64,000 nt of DNA, from NCBI GenBank assembly GCA_023665475.1, contig JAMPEB010000006.1, positions 30,607 to 94,606 of the forward strand, read 5' to 3'. The notes beneath the pieces are model-generated. The model made no database searches, was not told the DNA's origin, and saw only the letters and a program-made list of their open reading frames with translations. This stretch comes from Lachnoclostridium sp. (GTDB lineage: Bacteria > Bacillota > Clostridia > Lachnospirales > Lachnospiraceae). Shown piece after piece: positions 40,355-49,596 of the stretch. Made by a program: the position numbers and the translations under genes. The first letter of the stretch is position 1. The number at the start of each line of letters is the position of its first letter.

Positions 40355-40383
40355 TTGACGAATGGGGCAGGAAAGATTATTCT
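40355..40383 (+). promoter_or_regulatory. Candidate sigma-A promoter for serC
   Basis: TTGACG-17 nt-TATTCT, about 45 nt upstream of the serC ATG. Preceded by the direct repeat gaacaggttctRctgaa x2. Confidence 0.35.
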
Positions 40384-40430
40384 ATATTTATGGTTAAAAA
40401 AACGGATGCCTAAGAGGAGGAGTTTGAAAA

Positions 40431-41516
40431 ATGTCAAGAGTTTATAACTTTTCTGCGGGTCCTGCGGTTCTTCCGGAGGAAGTGCTTAGGGAAGCGGCAG
40501 ATGAAATGATGGATTACAAGGGAAGCGGCATGTCTGTAATGGAGATGAGCCACCGTTCCAAGACCTATGACAATATTATCAAAGAGGCGGAAGCTGACTT
40601 AAGGGAGCTTATGAATATCCCTGACAATTATAAAGTCCTGTTTCTACAGGGCGGCGCAAGCCAGCAGTTTGCAATGATTCCCATGAACCTGATGAAGAAT
40701 AAGGTTGCGGACTATATCGTGACGGGACAGTGGGCTAAGAAGGCTTATCAGGAGGCGCAGCTTTACGGAAAGGCAAATAAGATTGCCTCTTCCGAAGATA
40801 AAACATTTTCCTATATTCCGGACTGCTCCGACTTACCCATAAGCGAGGATGCGGACTATGTTTATATCTGCGAGAATAACACCATTTACGGCACAAAGTT
40901 TAAGACCCTGCCCAACACCAAAGGAAAGATTCTGGTGTCGGATGTGTCAAGCTGTTTTCTGTCGGAGCCCGTGGATGTGACCAAGTATGGGGTTATCTAT
41001 GGCGGCGTTCAGAAGAATATCGGTCCTGCCGGCGTGGTTATCGTGATTATCAGAGAAGATTTGATTACAGAGGATGTGCTTCCCGGCACACCTACCATGC
41101 TGCGTTATAAGACCCATGCGGACAATGATTCCCTGTACAATACCCCTCCCGCATACGGCATTTATATCTGTGGAAAGGTATTCAAGTGGATTAAGAAAAT
41201 GGGCGGACTTTCCGCAATGAAGGAGCACAACGAAAAGAAGGCGAAGATTCTTTATGATTTCCTTGACGAGAGCAAGCTGTTCAAGGGAACCGTGCGCAAG
41301 GAAGACCGCTCCCTGATGAATGTGCCCTTCGTAACCGGTGATGAGGAGCTGGATGCCAAGTTTGTAAAGGAAGCCACCGCAGCAGGATTTGTGAACTTAA
41401 AGGGACACAGAACCGTGGGCGGCATGCGTGCCAGCATTTACAATGCAATGCCTATCGAGGGTGTTGAAAAGCTGGTTGAGTTTATGAAAAAGTTTGAGGC
41501 AGAGAACGCAAAGTAA
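40431..41516 (+). CDS. serC: Phosphoserine aminotransferase
   Basis: MSRVYNFSAGPAVLPEEVL..., class V aminotransferase of the SerC type. Confidence 0.95.
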   Translation: MSRVYNFSAGPAVLPEEVLREAADEMMDYKGSGMSVMEMSHRSKTYDNIIKEAEADLRELMNIPDNYKVLFLQGGASQQFAMIPMNLMKNKVADYIVTGQWAKKAYQEAQLYGKANKIASSEDKTFSYIPDCSDLPISEDADYVYICENNTIYGTKFKTLPNTKGKILVSDVSSCFLSEPVDVTKYGVIYGGVQKNIGPAGVVIVIIREDLITEDVLPGTPTMLRYKTHADNDSLYNTPPAYGIYICGKVFKWIKKMGGLSAMKEHNEKKAKILYDFLDESKLFKGTVRKEDRSLMNVPFVTGDEELDAKFVKEATAAGFVNLKGHRTVGGMRASIYNAMPIEGVEKLVEFMKKFEAENAK

Positions 41517-41558
41517 ACGGATGACTGTTCGATAAAGACAAGAAAAGGAGAACCGCGG

Positions 41559-42719
41559 ATGTATAAGATAAATTGCTTAAACCCTATTTCACAGGTAGGG
41601 CTTGTCAACCTGACAGAGAATTATCAGTTGACAGAGAATGTAAATGAGGCGGAGGGTATTTTGGTAAGAAGCGCTTCCATGCATGAGATGGAACTGCCGG
41701 ACGGTCTGCTTGCAGTGGCAAGGGCAGGCGCGGGCACCAATAATATCCCTTTGGATAAATGTGCGGAAAAGGGCGTGGTAGTTTTCAATACGCCCGGCGC
41801 GAATGCCAATGGAGTGAAAGAGCTGGTAGTTGCGGGTATGCTGTTGGCTGCCCGGGATATCATGGGCGGTATCGAATGGGTAAAGGATAACAGCAAAGAC
41901 GAAAATATTGCCAAGACGGCAGAGAAAGAGAAAAAGAAATTTGCGGGGACGGAGCTTATGGGAAAGAAGCTGGGCGTTATCGGTTTGGGCGCCATCGGCT
42001 GTAAAATCGCAAATACCGCAATCAGTCTGGGCATGGAAGTATACGGCTATGACCCTTATCTGTCCGTGAATGCGGCATGGAATATCAGCCGCAATGTAAA
42101 GCATGTTCTGAATGTGGAAGAAATTTATGCGGAATGTGATTATATCACCATCCATGTGCCTCTTTTGGATTCTACCAAAGGCATGATTAATAAAGATGCC
42201 ATCGATAAGATGAAAGACGGTGTGGTAATTCTGAATTTTGCGCGGGACCTTCTTGCAAACGAGCAGGATGTTCTGGAAGGCATTCAGAACGGCAGGATTG
42301 CGCGTTATGTGTCTGATTTTCCCAATCCCGTTACGGCAGGGCAGCCGGGCTGCATCGTGATTCCCCATCTGGGAGCCAGCACAGAGGAGTCCGAGGATAA
42401 CTGTGCAAAGATGGCGGTGGAAGAATTGATGGACTATCTGGAAAACGGAAATATCCGGAACAGCGTAAATTATCCCGCCTGCGACATGGGGGTCTGTACA
42501 GTGGCAGGCAGAGTGGCGATTTTCCATAAAAATATGGCAAATATGATTACCAAATTTACTGCGGAATTCGGTGAAAAAGGTATCAACATCAGCAATATGA
42601 CCAACAAATCCAAAGGCGAAGTGGCTTATACCATGCTGGATGTGGAGAACGCACCCACTAAGGAAATAGTGGAAGCCTTGGAGAAGATTGAAGGCGTATT
42701 CAGGGTGAGAGTAGTGTGA
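41559..42719 (+). CDS. serA: D-3-phosphoglycerate dehydrogenase (with C-terminal ACT domain)
   Basis: NAD-binding GxGxxG (GVIGLGAIG), catalytic His/Glu region and a C-terminal ACT domain. The stop codon TGA lies inside the GTGTGAA terminus of repeat element A3. Confidence 0.9.
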   Translation: MYKINCLNPISQVGLVNLTENYQLTENVNEAEGILVRSASMHEMELPDGLLAVARAGAGTNNIPLDKCAEKGVVVFNTPGANANGVKELVVAGMLLAARDIMGGIEWVKDNSKDENIAKTAEKEKKKFAGTELMGKKLGVIGLGAIGCKIANTAISLGMEVYGYDPYLSVNAAWNISRNVKHVLNVEEIYAECDYITIHVPLLDSTKGMINKDAIDKMKDGVVILNFARDLLANEQDVLEGIQNGRIARYVSDFPNPVTAGQPGCIVIPHLGASTEESEDNCAKMAVEELMDYLENGNIRNSVNYPACDMGVCTVAGRVAIFHKNMANMITKFTAEFGEKGINISNMTNKSKGEVAYTMLDVENAPTKEIVEALEKIEGVFRVRVV

Positions 42720-42888
42720 AAAGAATGAAGATTTTCTAAGCAGTCAAAGTACGCCTGCTAAGAAAATCTTATGTCATTCTTCGAAAAACGCCAAAAATGC
42801 GGCGTTTTTCCTTCAGGAGCCGAGAATTTGAGATTCTCGGCGCGGTGTCATTGCAGTAAACTGCTCTGACATGGAGGGTTAGTGTGAA
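42714..42888 (+). repeat. Intergenic repeat element A3 (modules a'' + d + e) between serA and the ygjP-like gene
   Basis: GTGTGAAAAGAATGAAGATTTTCTAAGCAG... hairpin. Then gaaaaacgcc-aaaaatgc-ggcgtttttc (module d, shared with A4), then gccgagaat-ttgag-attctcggc. Ends ...TTAGTGTGAATAAA. Confidence 0.8.
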
Positions 42889-43630
42889 TAAAAAAATCAT
42901 CGCAGAATTAAGGAGCGTCCCTTGTGAAAGAGGGGCGCTTACTTATCAGCTTTCGCGGAAAAAAGTAAAAAACATAAACTTACGGATAAAATCGGATGGG
43001 AGGATTCTGGTATCGGCGAATACAAGGGTTCCGGCGGCATATATCGATGAGTTTGTGCAGAAAAATCAAGAATATATTTTTCGGGTATTGGAAAAATTCC
43101 GGGAGAGACAGCAGACGCATCCCATGACTCCGAAACAGTATGTAAGCGGGGAAGATTTTATGATTCTGGGAAGACATCTGACTCTTCAAGTGAAGGAAAT
43201 AGCGGCGGGGAATGAGGCAGAGTCAGGTGAGAGGGTCTGTATGGAGGGCTCTGTACTTTTTCTTTTGGTGAAGGATAAGGATGATTTTAAGAGAAAAGAA
43301 AAGCTTATGAATAAGTGGCTGCAGAGTCTTCAAAGGGAAGTGTTTGACCGGATTTGTCAGGAAATCTATCCGGCGTTTGAGGGATACGGCATTGCATATC
43401 CGCAGATAAAAATAAGGCGTATGACCTCCCGCTGGGGCTCCTGTCAGCCTGCCCGGGGCATTATTACCTTAAACAGCAGACTGATAGAAGCGCCGAGGGA
43501 AAGTATTGAATATGTGGTTCTCCATGAATTTGCGCATTTTGTCCATCCCAATCACTCAAAAGATTTTTATGCTTTTGTGGCAAAGCTAATGCCGGACTGG
43601 AAAGAGCGCAAGGCGGTTTTGAACTCCTAA
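42884..43630 (+). CDS. YgjP/DUF45-family metal-dependent hydrolase (HExxH)
   Basis: ...YVVLHEFAHFVHPNHSKDFY... GTG start (RBS GGAGGG 5 nt upstream). The start codon lies inside the terminal GTGTGAA of repeat element A3. Confidence 0.75.
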   Translation: MNKKIIAELRSVPCERGALTYQLSRKKVKNINLRIKSDGRILVSANTRVPAAYIDEFVQKNQEYIFRVLEKFRERQQTHPMTPKQYVSGEDFMILGRHLTLQVKEIAAGNEAESGERVCMEGSVLFLLVKDKDDFKRKEKLMNKWLQSLQREVFDRICQEIYPAFEGYGIAYPQIKIRRMTSRWGSCQPARGIITLNSRLIEAPRESIEYVVLHEFAHFVHPNHSKDFYAFVAKLMPDWKERKAVLNS

Positions 43631-44415
43631 TTATCATTGTAATGAAGCTTCTGGCAAAGCAGCGTGAGCCTGCTTTTTACGGGCAGCAGCAAGAGATAAA
43701 GAATGCACCCATAAAAGATTCCCAGCAGGCATATGGGGAAGGTTGCGCCTGCCTGCATGAGAAAGAACTCTAAATTATCCTGCAGGGATATGCTAAAAAC
43801 GGCATAAATAAAACCTTGGGCGGTAACCAAAGCCCCGGCTATAAGAGAGGCGTTACCGGCAAGCTTTATGGCATTGCTGCAGTAAGCTGCCTCCTTTTCG
43901 CTATATTCTTTCCGGATATGAAAGAATATGGAAAAAGCCTGAAAAAAATATTTCCACTGCCTCGATACGCTTAACGCTAAAGTTGCCACAAGCAGTATAA
44001 TCAGAAATGTGGGCAAATCTAACCAGAGTGTGGTAGGCATATCCAGCCCAATGAGCAGGAACAGCATTACGAGGGCGATGATATTCAGTATCAGACTCAG
44101 GATTCTGAATATCAGATTGCTTTTATTTTCTTGCTTGCTTTTTTCTGTTTCATGTATAAGATTCATCATATTTTCCTCCGCTTTCCGGGAATAGCTGTCT
44201 TCCGACAGGTGCTCCCCTGATAAAAGTTCATTTACATTAATCTGTAAAATCTGACAAAGCGGCATCACGGAAGACAGCTCAGGCATACCGTTTCCGGTTT
44301 CCCATTTGGAGATGGTTTTGTCGCTGACGCCGATTTTGTCTGCTAATTGTCTCTGGGTCATCCCCATTCCCTTTCTTATGCTTGCAATAAATTTTCCAAT
44401 TTTAATTTGGTCCAT
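43627..44415 (-). CDS. XRE-family (Cro/C1 HTH) transcriptional regulator with a multi-TM C-terminal domain
   Basis: MDQIKIGKFIASIRKGMGMTQRQLADKIGVSDKTISKWETG..., an HTH_3 domain, followed by four or more TM helices. Confidence 0.8.
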   Translation of the reverse strand: MDQIKIGKFIASIRKGMGMTQRQLADKIGVSDKTISKWETGNGMPELSSVMPLCQILQINVNELLSGEHLSEDSYSRKAEENMMNLIHETEKSKQENKSNLIFRILSLILNIIALVMLFLLIGLDMPTTLWLDLPTFLIILLVATLALSVSRQWKYFFQAFSIFFHIRKEYSEKEAAYCSNAIKLAGNASLIAGALVTAQGFIYAVFSISLQDNLEFFLMQAGATFPICLLGIFYGCILYLLLLPVKSRLTLLCQKLHYNDN

Positions 44416-44533
44416 TTTTTCCTCTCTTTCCGCCGTGCAAACGGCATTTTAATCAGTGGGAACTTTGGGATGCGCAGCATCACAAATTCCGAGATTGAAA
44501 ATTTTTAATTTTCAATCTTTTAACCTCCTTCAT
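44413..44533 (-). repeat. Cassette B copy 1 (RBS, uORF, GC-rich spacer, RBS) immediately 5' of the XRE regulator ATG
   Basis: About 90% identical to 56265..56383 in the same orientation relative to the downstream gene. Contains the palindrome GATTGAAAATT-AAAA-ATTTTCAATC. Confidence 0.7.
44480..44515 (-). CDS. Candidate leader peptide uORF (MKIKNFQSRNL) of cassette B copy 1
   Basis: TTG start 8 nt after AGGAGG, 11 codons, TGA stop. Near-identical uORF in copy 2 (56282..56317). Confidence 0.35.
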   Translation of the reverse strand: MKIKNFQSRNL

Positions 44534-44710
44534 CCTTATTTATGCAGCCTTCCGCTCCTGCATCTGTCATCAATATAGGGGAAAGCTACATAATTGGGAA
44601 CTGTTTTTCCATAGAATTGCCTCCACGAACCGTAGAGGGCGCGGCAGCGGGGCTTCTCTGATTCAGAGAATGCCCGCAGAATCAAGAATAGGGCACGGCC
44701 GCCGTATCCA

Positions 44711-44747
44711 AAATAAGATAAAAAATCGCCGCTTAAAAACGGCGATT
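44711..44747 (-). terminator. Rho-independent terminator (minus strand) after the small gene 44847..45125
   Basis: aaatcgccg-cttaaaaa-cggcgattt, a perfect 9-bp stem, followed on the minus strand by TTTTTTATCTTATTTT. Confidence 0.6.
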
Positions 44748-44846
44748 TCGATTCACCATCACTGATGAGTCTTTTGTCAGATGTCAAAATAAAAAAGTCA
44801 AAATAAACAGTGATTCAAAGCCATATAGGAAAGGACTTCTGTCAGG

Positions 44847-45125
44847 CTATCGGTACAATAAAGGCGAGCCGTCCCCATCATTTAAATCTTTCAGTTCCTC
44901 TCTGAGTTTCTGGTCGGAAAGGCAGGAAGCTTCGCTCTGTAGGTCCATATATAAGATAAAAAAGTCCTCAAGGGTCATCTGCTTTTCCGCAGCAATTTCC
45001 TCCATAATGGGGCGCAGCTTGTCAAGCTGGACGGACACCTGAACCTTCTGTGGGTCGATGTCCCCCATCACCTCTTCGGCGTATTTATTGATTCTATCTA
45101 AGATTTTTCTGTTTTCATCCGTCAT
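44847..45125 (-). CDS. Hypothetical small acidic protein (92 aa)
   Basis: ORF with the RBS AAGGAG. No recognisable motif. Confidence 0.45.
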   Translation of the reverse strand: MTDENRKILDRINKYAEEVMGDIDPQKVQVSVQLDKLRPIMEEIAAEKQMTLEDFFILYMDLQSEASCLSDQKLREELKDLNDGDGSPLLYR

Positions 45126-45165
45126 ATTACTTCCACTCCTTACTGAAAATTTGTACTCAAAATAT

Positions 45166-45210
45166 ATTTTATCACTTGATGCTTGTTATGTATAGTTTTA
45201 TTTGTAAGAA
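45166..45210 (+). repeat. Direct repeat D1 (promoter-like: TTATCA-16 nt-TATAGT)
   Basis: A 45-bp sequence atTttatcacttgatgcttgttatgtatagTtttatttgtAaGaat, repeated at 45552..45596 with 3-4 mismatches. Confidence 0.6.
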
Positions 45211-45551
45211 TTCCAATATTGCGAAAAGATGACGGAAAAGCATTCATTGACAAACAATAGAGGGATTGGTACAATGAAATCGTCCTATATGGACGGGAAG
45301 CACTGCATAGCGGCAGGCGGTTGGCTTACATCCCTCGAAAGGGGGTGTAGCTTATGCGTATTACATTACATATCGGTAAATATATCGTTACGATAATTGT
45401 AAAAAACAACAACCGCCACTCGGCCAAGTGAACGGTTGTCTGATCAATATTAACACCTTACACGGAAGCTAACCGCTTGTCGCAGTGCTTCTCTATGTTT
45501 ATTATATGTGAGGACTTAAAAAAAGTCAACTGTAATGTCAAACCTATACTA

Positions 45552-45596
45552 ATTTTATCACTTGATGCTTGTTATGTATAGCTTTATTTGTTAAAA
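45552..45596 (+). repeat. Direct repeat D2 (copy of D1) upstream of the DUF1015 gene
   Basis: Same 45-bp sequence. The -10 is degenerated to TATAGC. Confidence 0.6.
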
Positions 45597-45658
45597 TATC
45601 TAATAAGAGTATTGTATGAGGTTTGAGAATTATCAAAAATTTTATAAGGAGAATACAT

Positions 45659-46900
45659 ATGGCACAAGTCAGACCTTTTCGGGCATATCGCCCAAAGTAT
45701 GGCCTTGAAAGCAAAATTGCGGCGCTTCCCTATGATGTGTACAGCAGGGAGGAAGCCTGTGAAGTAGTGAAGATGAATCCTTATTCGTTTCTGGGAATAG
45801 ACCGGGCGGAGACGCAGTTTGGACCGGAAGTGGATACTTACGCGCCGGAGGTTTATGAGAAAGCACATAGTATGCTGCAGGAGCAGATAAAGGAAGGCAG
45901 ATTTGTTCAGGAGGAAAGCCCCTGTTATTATCTGTATGAGCAGACCATGCAGGGGAGGAGCCAGACAGGTATTGTTGCCTGTGCATCCATAGACGATTAT
46001 CAGAATCAGGTAATCAAAAAACATGAAAACACCAGAGCGGATAAGGAGCAGGACCGCATCCGGCATGTGGATATTTGCAATATGCAGACGGGACCTATCT
46101 TTCTGGCATACCGTGCCAATCAGACACTGAGGGAAATTGTGGACAGCGAAAAGGAAAAATCCCCCGTATATGATTTTGTGTCGGAGGACGGTGTCGGACA
46201 CAGGGTATGGGTGATTGAGGACAGCAGACAGGTAGAAGCTGTTTCGGAAGCTTTTAAGGCTCTCCCTGCCCTTTATATTGCGGACGGACATCACCGCTGC
46301 GCTTCCGCGGTGAAGGTGGGGCTTAAGAGAAGAGAGGAACATCCGGACTATAGCGGAAAAGAGGAGTACAATTACTTCCTTTCCGTATTGTTTCCGGACG
46401 AGGAGCTGCATATTTTGGATTATAACAGGGTGGTAAAGGATTTGAACGGTCTTTCCGCGGAGGAATTCTTACGAAAAGTGGGCGAAAGTTTTATCATAGA
46501 GAAGGTGGGAAGTACCCCCTATGCCCCTGCAAAAAAGGGAAATTTTGGTATGTATCTGGAAAAAATGTGGTATGCTCTTACTGCGAAGGAAGAAATAAAG
46601 AGTGACGATGTAGTGGCGGGGCTGGATGTATCCCTGCTTCAGGATTATCTGCTGGCTCCCGTTTTGGGAATCGGGGATCCTAAGACGGACAAGCGGATTG
46701 ATTTTGTGGGCGGAATCAGAGGACTGAAAGAATTGGAGAGAAGGGTGGACACGGATATGAAGGTAGCATTTTCCATGTATCCCACTTCTATAGGCGAGCT
46801 GTTTGAGGTGGCGGACGCAGGCAGACTGATGCCTCCCAAATCTACATGGTTTGAGCCGAAGCTGCGGAGCGGTTTGTTCCTTCATGAGTTAGAGGTGTGA
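45659..46900 (+). CDS. DUF1015 domain-containing protein
   Basis: MAQVRPFRAYRPKYGLESKIAALPYDVYSREEA..., the typical DUF1015 N-terminus. RBS AAGGAG 8 nt upstream. The stop TGA lies in the GTGTGAA terminus of element A2. Confidence 0.8.
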   Translation: MAQVRPFRAYRPKYGLESKIAALPYDVYSREEACEVVKMNPYSFLGIDRAETQFGPEVDTYAPEVYEKAHSMLQEQIKEGRFVQEESPCYYLYEQTMQGRSQTGIVACASIDDYQNQVIKKHENTRADKEQDRIRHVDICNMQTGPIFLAYRANQTLREIVDSEKEKSPVYDFVSEDGVGHRVWVIEDSRQVEAVSEAFKALPALYIADGHHRCASAVKVGLKRREEHPDYSGKEEYNYFLSVLFPDEELHILDYNRVVKDLNGLSAEEFLRKVGESFIIEKVGSTPYAPAKKGNFGMYLEKMWYALTAKEEIKSDDVVAGLDVSLLQDYLLAPVLGIGDPKTDKRIDFVGGIRGLKELERRVDTDMKVAFSMYPTSIGELFEVADAGRLMPPKSTWFEPKLRSGLFLHELEV

Positions 46901-47063
46901 ACGGAATGAAGATTTTCTAAGGTCGGAAAGAACCTGACCATAGCGCTGAAGCGCATGGAAAATCTAAATCATTCCGGGAAGAATCCGCAAGCGGATTCTT
47001 CCGAATTTGTACAGATGTACGAATTGTTTGTGTCTGGTGGGCAGGCATGACGGAAAGTGTGAA
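46895..47063 (+). repeat. Intergenic repeat element A2 (modules a' + b + c) between the DUF1015 gene and glgB
   Basis: Starts GTGTGAACGGAATGAAGATTTTCTAAGG. Module b is identical to A1 (gaagaatccgcaagcggattcttc). Ends GGAAAGTGTGAAAAG. Confidence 0.8.
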
Positions 47064-47162
47064 AAGAATTTCATCTTATGTGCCGCCGGCAAAAAGGCAG
47101 CGGAATAGATTCGTTTTGCAAATATTGTGCCTGCGGCTCAAATTCGCAGGTTGCGGAAAGGT

Positions 47163-49481
47163 ATGGTGACTATTATGACAAATAAACTGTATAAGCTGAT
47201 GAATTGGGCAAAGATAGAGGAAATTATGTATTCGGAATGTGATAATCCCCATGAGCTGCTGGGACCTCACAAATCCGGCAGCCAGACTCTTTTGCAGGCA
47301 TATTTTCCCGGCGCTTTAAAGGTTACGGTGCAGTGGGACTTTGAGGAGGATACACAAGACCATAAAGAGGCCAAGATGGAGGTCGCTGAAGAGGAAGGAT
47401 ATTTTGCGGCGTTAATTCCCGTAAAAGAATTAGGATTTTACCGCTATGTGGTGACTTACCCCGAGAAAAAAACATGGGTGACGGGCGACCCCTACCGCCA
47501 TAAAATCCAGATTACGGAAAGCGATGTGGAGAAATTCAAAAACGGAATCCATTATACTGTTTATGAAAAGCTTGGAGCACATCCCATGACCTTGGACGGA
47601 GAATCCGGAACTTATTTTGCGGTCTGGGCTCCGGACGCCATGCGAATCAGCGTGGTAGGCGATTTCAACGGATGGGACGGACGCATTCATCAAATGCGCA
47701 GAATCAAGGATGCGGGTATTTTTGAGCTTTTTGTGCCCTGCGCAAAATGCGGGGATAATTACAAATTTGAAATTAAGTTAAAGACGGGGCTTACTTATTT
47801 AAAGTCAGACCCTTACGGTAACGCGGCTCAAATGAGACCGGAAAACGCCTCCGTAATTGCCGATTTAAACGCTTTTCATTGGGAGGACGCCGGGTTCATC
47901 AAAAATCGGGAGAAATTTCAGACGGGCAATGCGCCCATAAGTGTATATGAAATGTATCTGGGTTCCTTTGTGGAGCCAAAGCAGGGGAAAGCTTATGCCA
48001 ATTATAGGGAAATTGCCCCCAAGGTAATCTCCTATGTAAAAGAGATGGGATATACTCATGTGGAGTTAATGCCGGTGATGGAGCATCCTCTTGACGGTTC
48101 ATGGGGATATCAGGTTATCGGTTATTATGCTCCTACGGCGAGATACGGTTCTCCCGAAGACTTTATGTATTTTGTCAATGAATTGCATAAGGCGGGGATT
48201 GGTGTGATTCTGGATTGGGTTCCGGCACATTTTCCGAGAGATGCTTACGGGCTTTCCAATTTTGACGGAACCTGTCTTTATGAGCATCAGGACCCCAGAC
48301 AGGGCTGTCATCCCCATTGGGGAACATTGATTTACAATTATGGCAGACCGGAGGTATCCAATTATCTGATTGCCAACGGGCTGTTCTGGGTGGAGAAATT
48401 CCATGCGGACGGAATCCGTATGGATGCCGTGGCAAGTATGCTCTATCTGGATTATGGCAAAAACGACGGAGAATGGGTTGCCAATATGTATGGCGGGAAG
48501 GAAAATCTGGAAGCCATTGAGATGATCAGACATTTCAATTCTATTTTAAAGAAGCGTAATCCCGGCGTGTTGTCCATCGCAGAGGAAAGTACGGCGTTCC
48601 CCATGATTACCGGGGATATCAAGGAAGGCGGTCTGGGCTTTGACTTAAAGTGGAATATGGGCTTTATGAACGATTATTTAAGGTATATCCAGTATGACCC
48701 GTATTTCAGAAGCCACCACCACGGAGAATTGACATTCAGCATGATTTATGCTTACAGTGAGAAATTTATATTGGTGTTCTCCCATGACGAGGTGGTGCAC
48801 GGCAAAGCTACCATGGTAGGAAAAATGCCCGGAGAGAGGGAGCAGAAATTTGCAAACTTACGCCTGACCTATGCTTATATGATGACCCATCCCGGCAAAA
48901 AATTGTTGTTTATGGGGCAGGATATCGGTGAGTTTGACGAATGGAACGAAGCCAGAAGAGTGGAATGGGATTTGAGGCAGAATCCCGAGCATGAGGGAAT
49001 TGCCCTTTTGGTAAAGGATTTAAACGGTCTGTACAAAAGTCAGAAAGCGCTGTATGAACTGGACGGGGAGCCGGAAGGCTTTGAATGGATGAACAATATT
49101 TCCGGAGACGACTGTTATTTGTCCTATGTGAGAAACGGTTCCGACCCGGAGGATATGCTTTTAGTGGTGGCAAACTTTGCCGGAGTGGAGCAGGAGATTA
49201 CCACGGGTGTTCCCTATGAGGGCAAATACAAGGAGATTTTCAACACCGATAATATTAAGTATGGCGGAAGCGGCATGGTAAACGAAAGGGTAAAGAAGGC
49301 GCAGGATATCCGCTGGGACGAGAGAATGCAGTCCATCACCGTGAAGCTTGCCCCCCTGTCCCTGAGTATTTTACAGTTTATCCCTTATACGGAAGAGGAG
49401 CTGACAAAGGTCATCGAGCAGAGAATCCGCAAGCATACTCCGGTCAGAAAGACTGCGCCCCGGAAGAGTAAAAAATCGTGA
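47163..49481 (+). CDS. glgB: 1,4-alpha-glucan branching enzyme
   Basis: GH13 branching-enzyme motifs (...GYTHVELMPVMEHP..., GIGVILDWVPAHF, HADGIRMDAV, FSHDEVVHGK). The start is uncertain (47163 or 47175). The track start at 47127 (GTG) lies inside a hairpin. Confidence 0.85.
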   Translation: MVTIMTNKLYKLMNWAKIEEIMYSECDNPHELLGPHKSGSQTLLQAYFPGALKVTVQWDFEEDTQDHKEAKMEVAEEEGYFAALIPVKELGFYRYVVTYPEKKTWVTGDPYRHKIQITESDVEKFKNGIHYTVYEKLGAHPMTLDGESGTYFAVWAPDAMRISVVGDFNGWDGRIHQMRRIKDAGIFELFVPCAKCGDNYKFEIKLKTGLTYLKSDPYGNAAQMRPENASVIADLNAFHWEDAGFIKNREKFQTGNAPISVYEMYLGSFVEPKQGKAYANYREIAPKVISYVKEMGYTHVELMPVMEHPLDGSWGYQVIGYYAPTARYGSPEDFMYFVNELHKAGIGVILDWVPAHFPRDAYGLSNFDGTCLYEHQDPRQGCHPHWGTLIYNYGRPEVSNYLIANGLFWVEKFHADGIRMDAVASMLYLDYGKNDGEWVANMYGGKENLEAIEMIRHFNSILKKRNPGVLSIAEESTAFPMITGDIKEGGLGFDLKWNMGFMNDYLRYIQYDPYFRSHHHGELTFSMIYAYSEKFILVFSHDEVVHGKATMVGKMPGEREQKFANLRLTYAYMMTHPGKKLLFMGQDIGEFDEWNEARRVEWDLRQNPEHEGIALLVKDLNGLYKSQKALYELDGEPEGFEWMNNISGDDCYLSYVRNGSDPEDMLLVVANFAGVEQEITTGVPYEGKYKEIFNTDNIKYGGSGMVNERVKKAQDIRWDERMQSITVKLAPLSLSILQFIPYTEEELTKVIEQRIRKHTPVRKTAPRKSKKS

Positions 49482-49596
49482 AAAAATAATTGTTGACAAA
49501 TGCCCTTTCCATGGGTATAATGAATCAGTGTGCAACATGCAGAGGATGCACAGCATATATGTATGCTGTGCATGTAGCTGTAACATAGGAGCTGAT

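Noticed and set aside
44536-44787. ORF 44536..44787 (-), 83 aa
   Set aside because: It spans a terminator hairpin and the promoter region. It has no RBS and a low-complexity sequence, so it is probably non-coding.
45166-45596. IS element or MITE with target-site duplication, suggested by the 45-bp direct repeats
   Set aside because: Forty-five base pairs is far longer than typical target-site duplications. There are no terminal inverted repeats and no transposase ORF. A duplicated promoter segment is more parsimonious.
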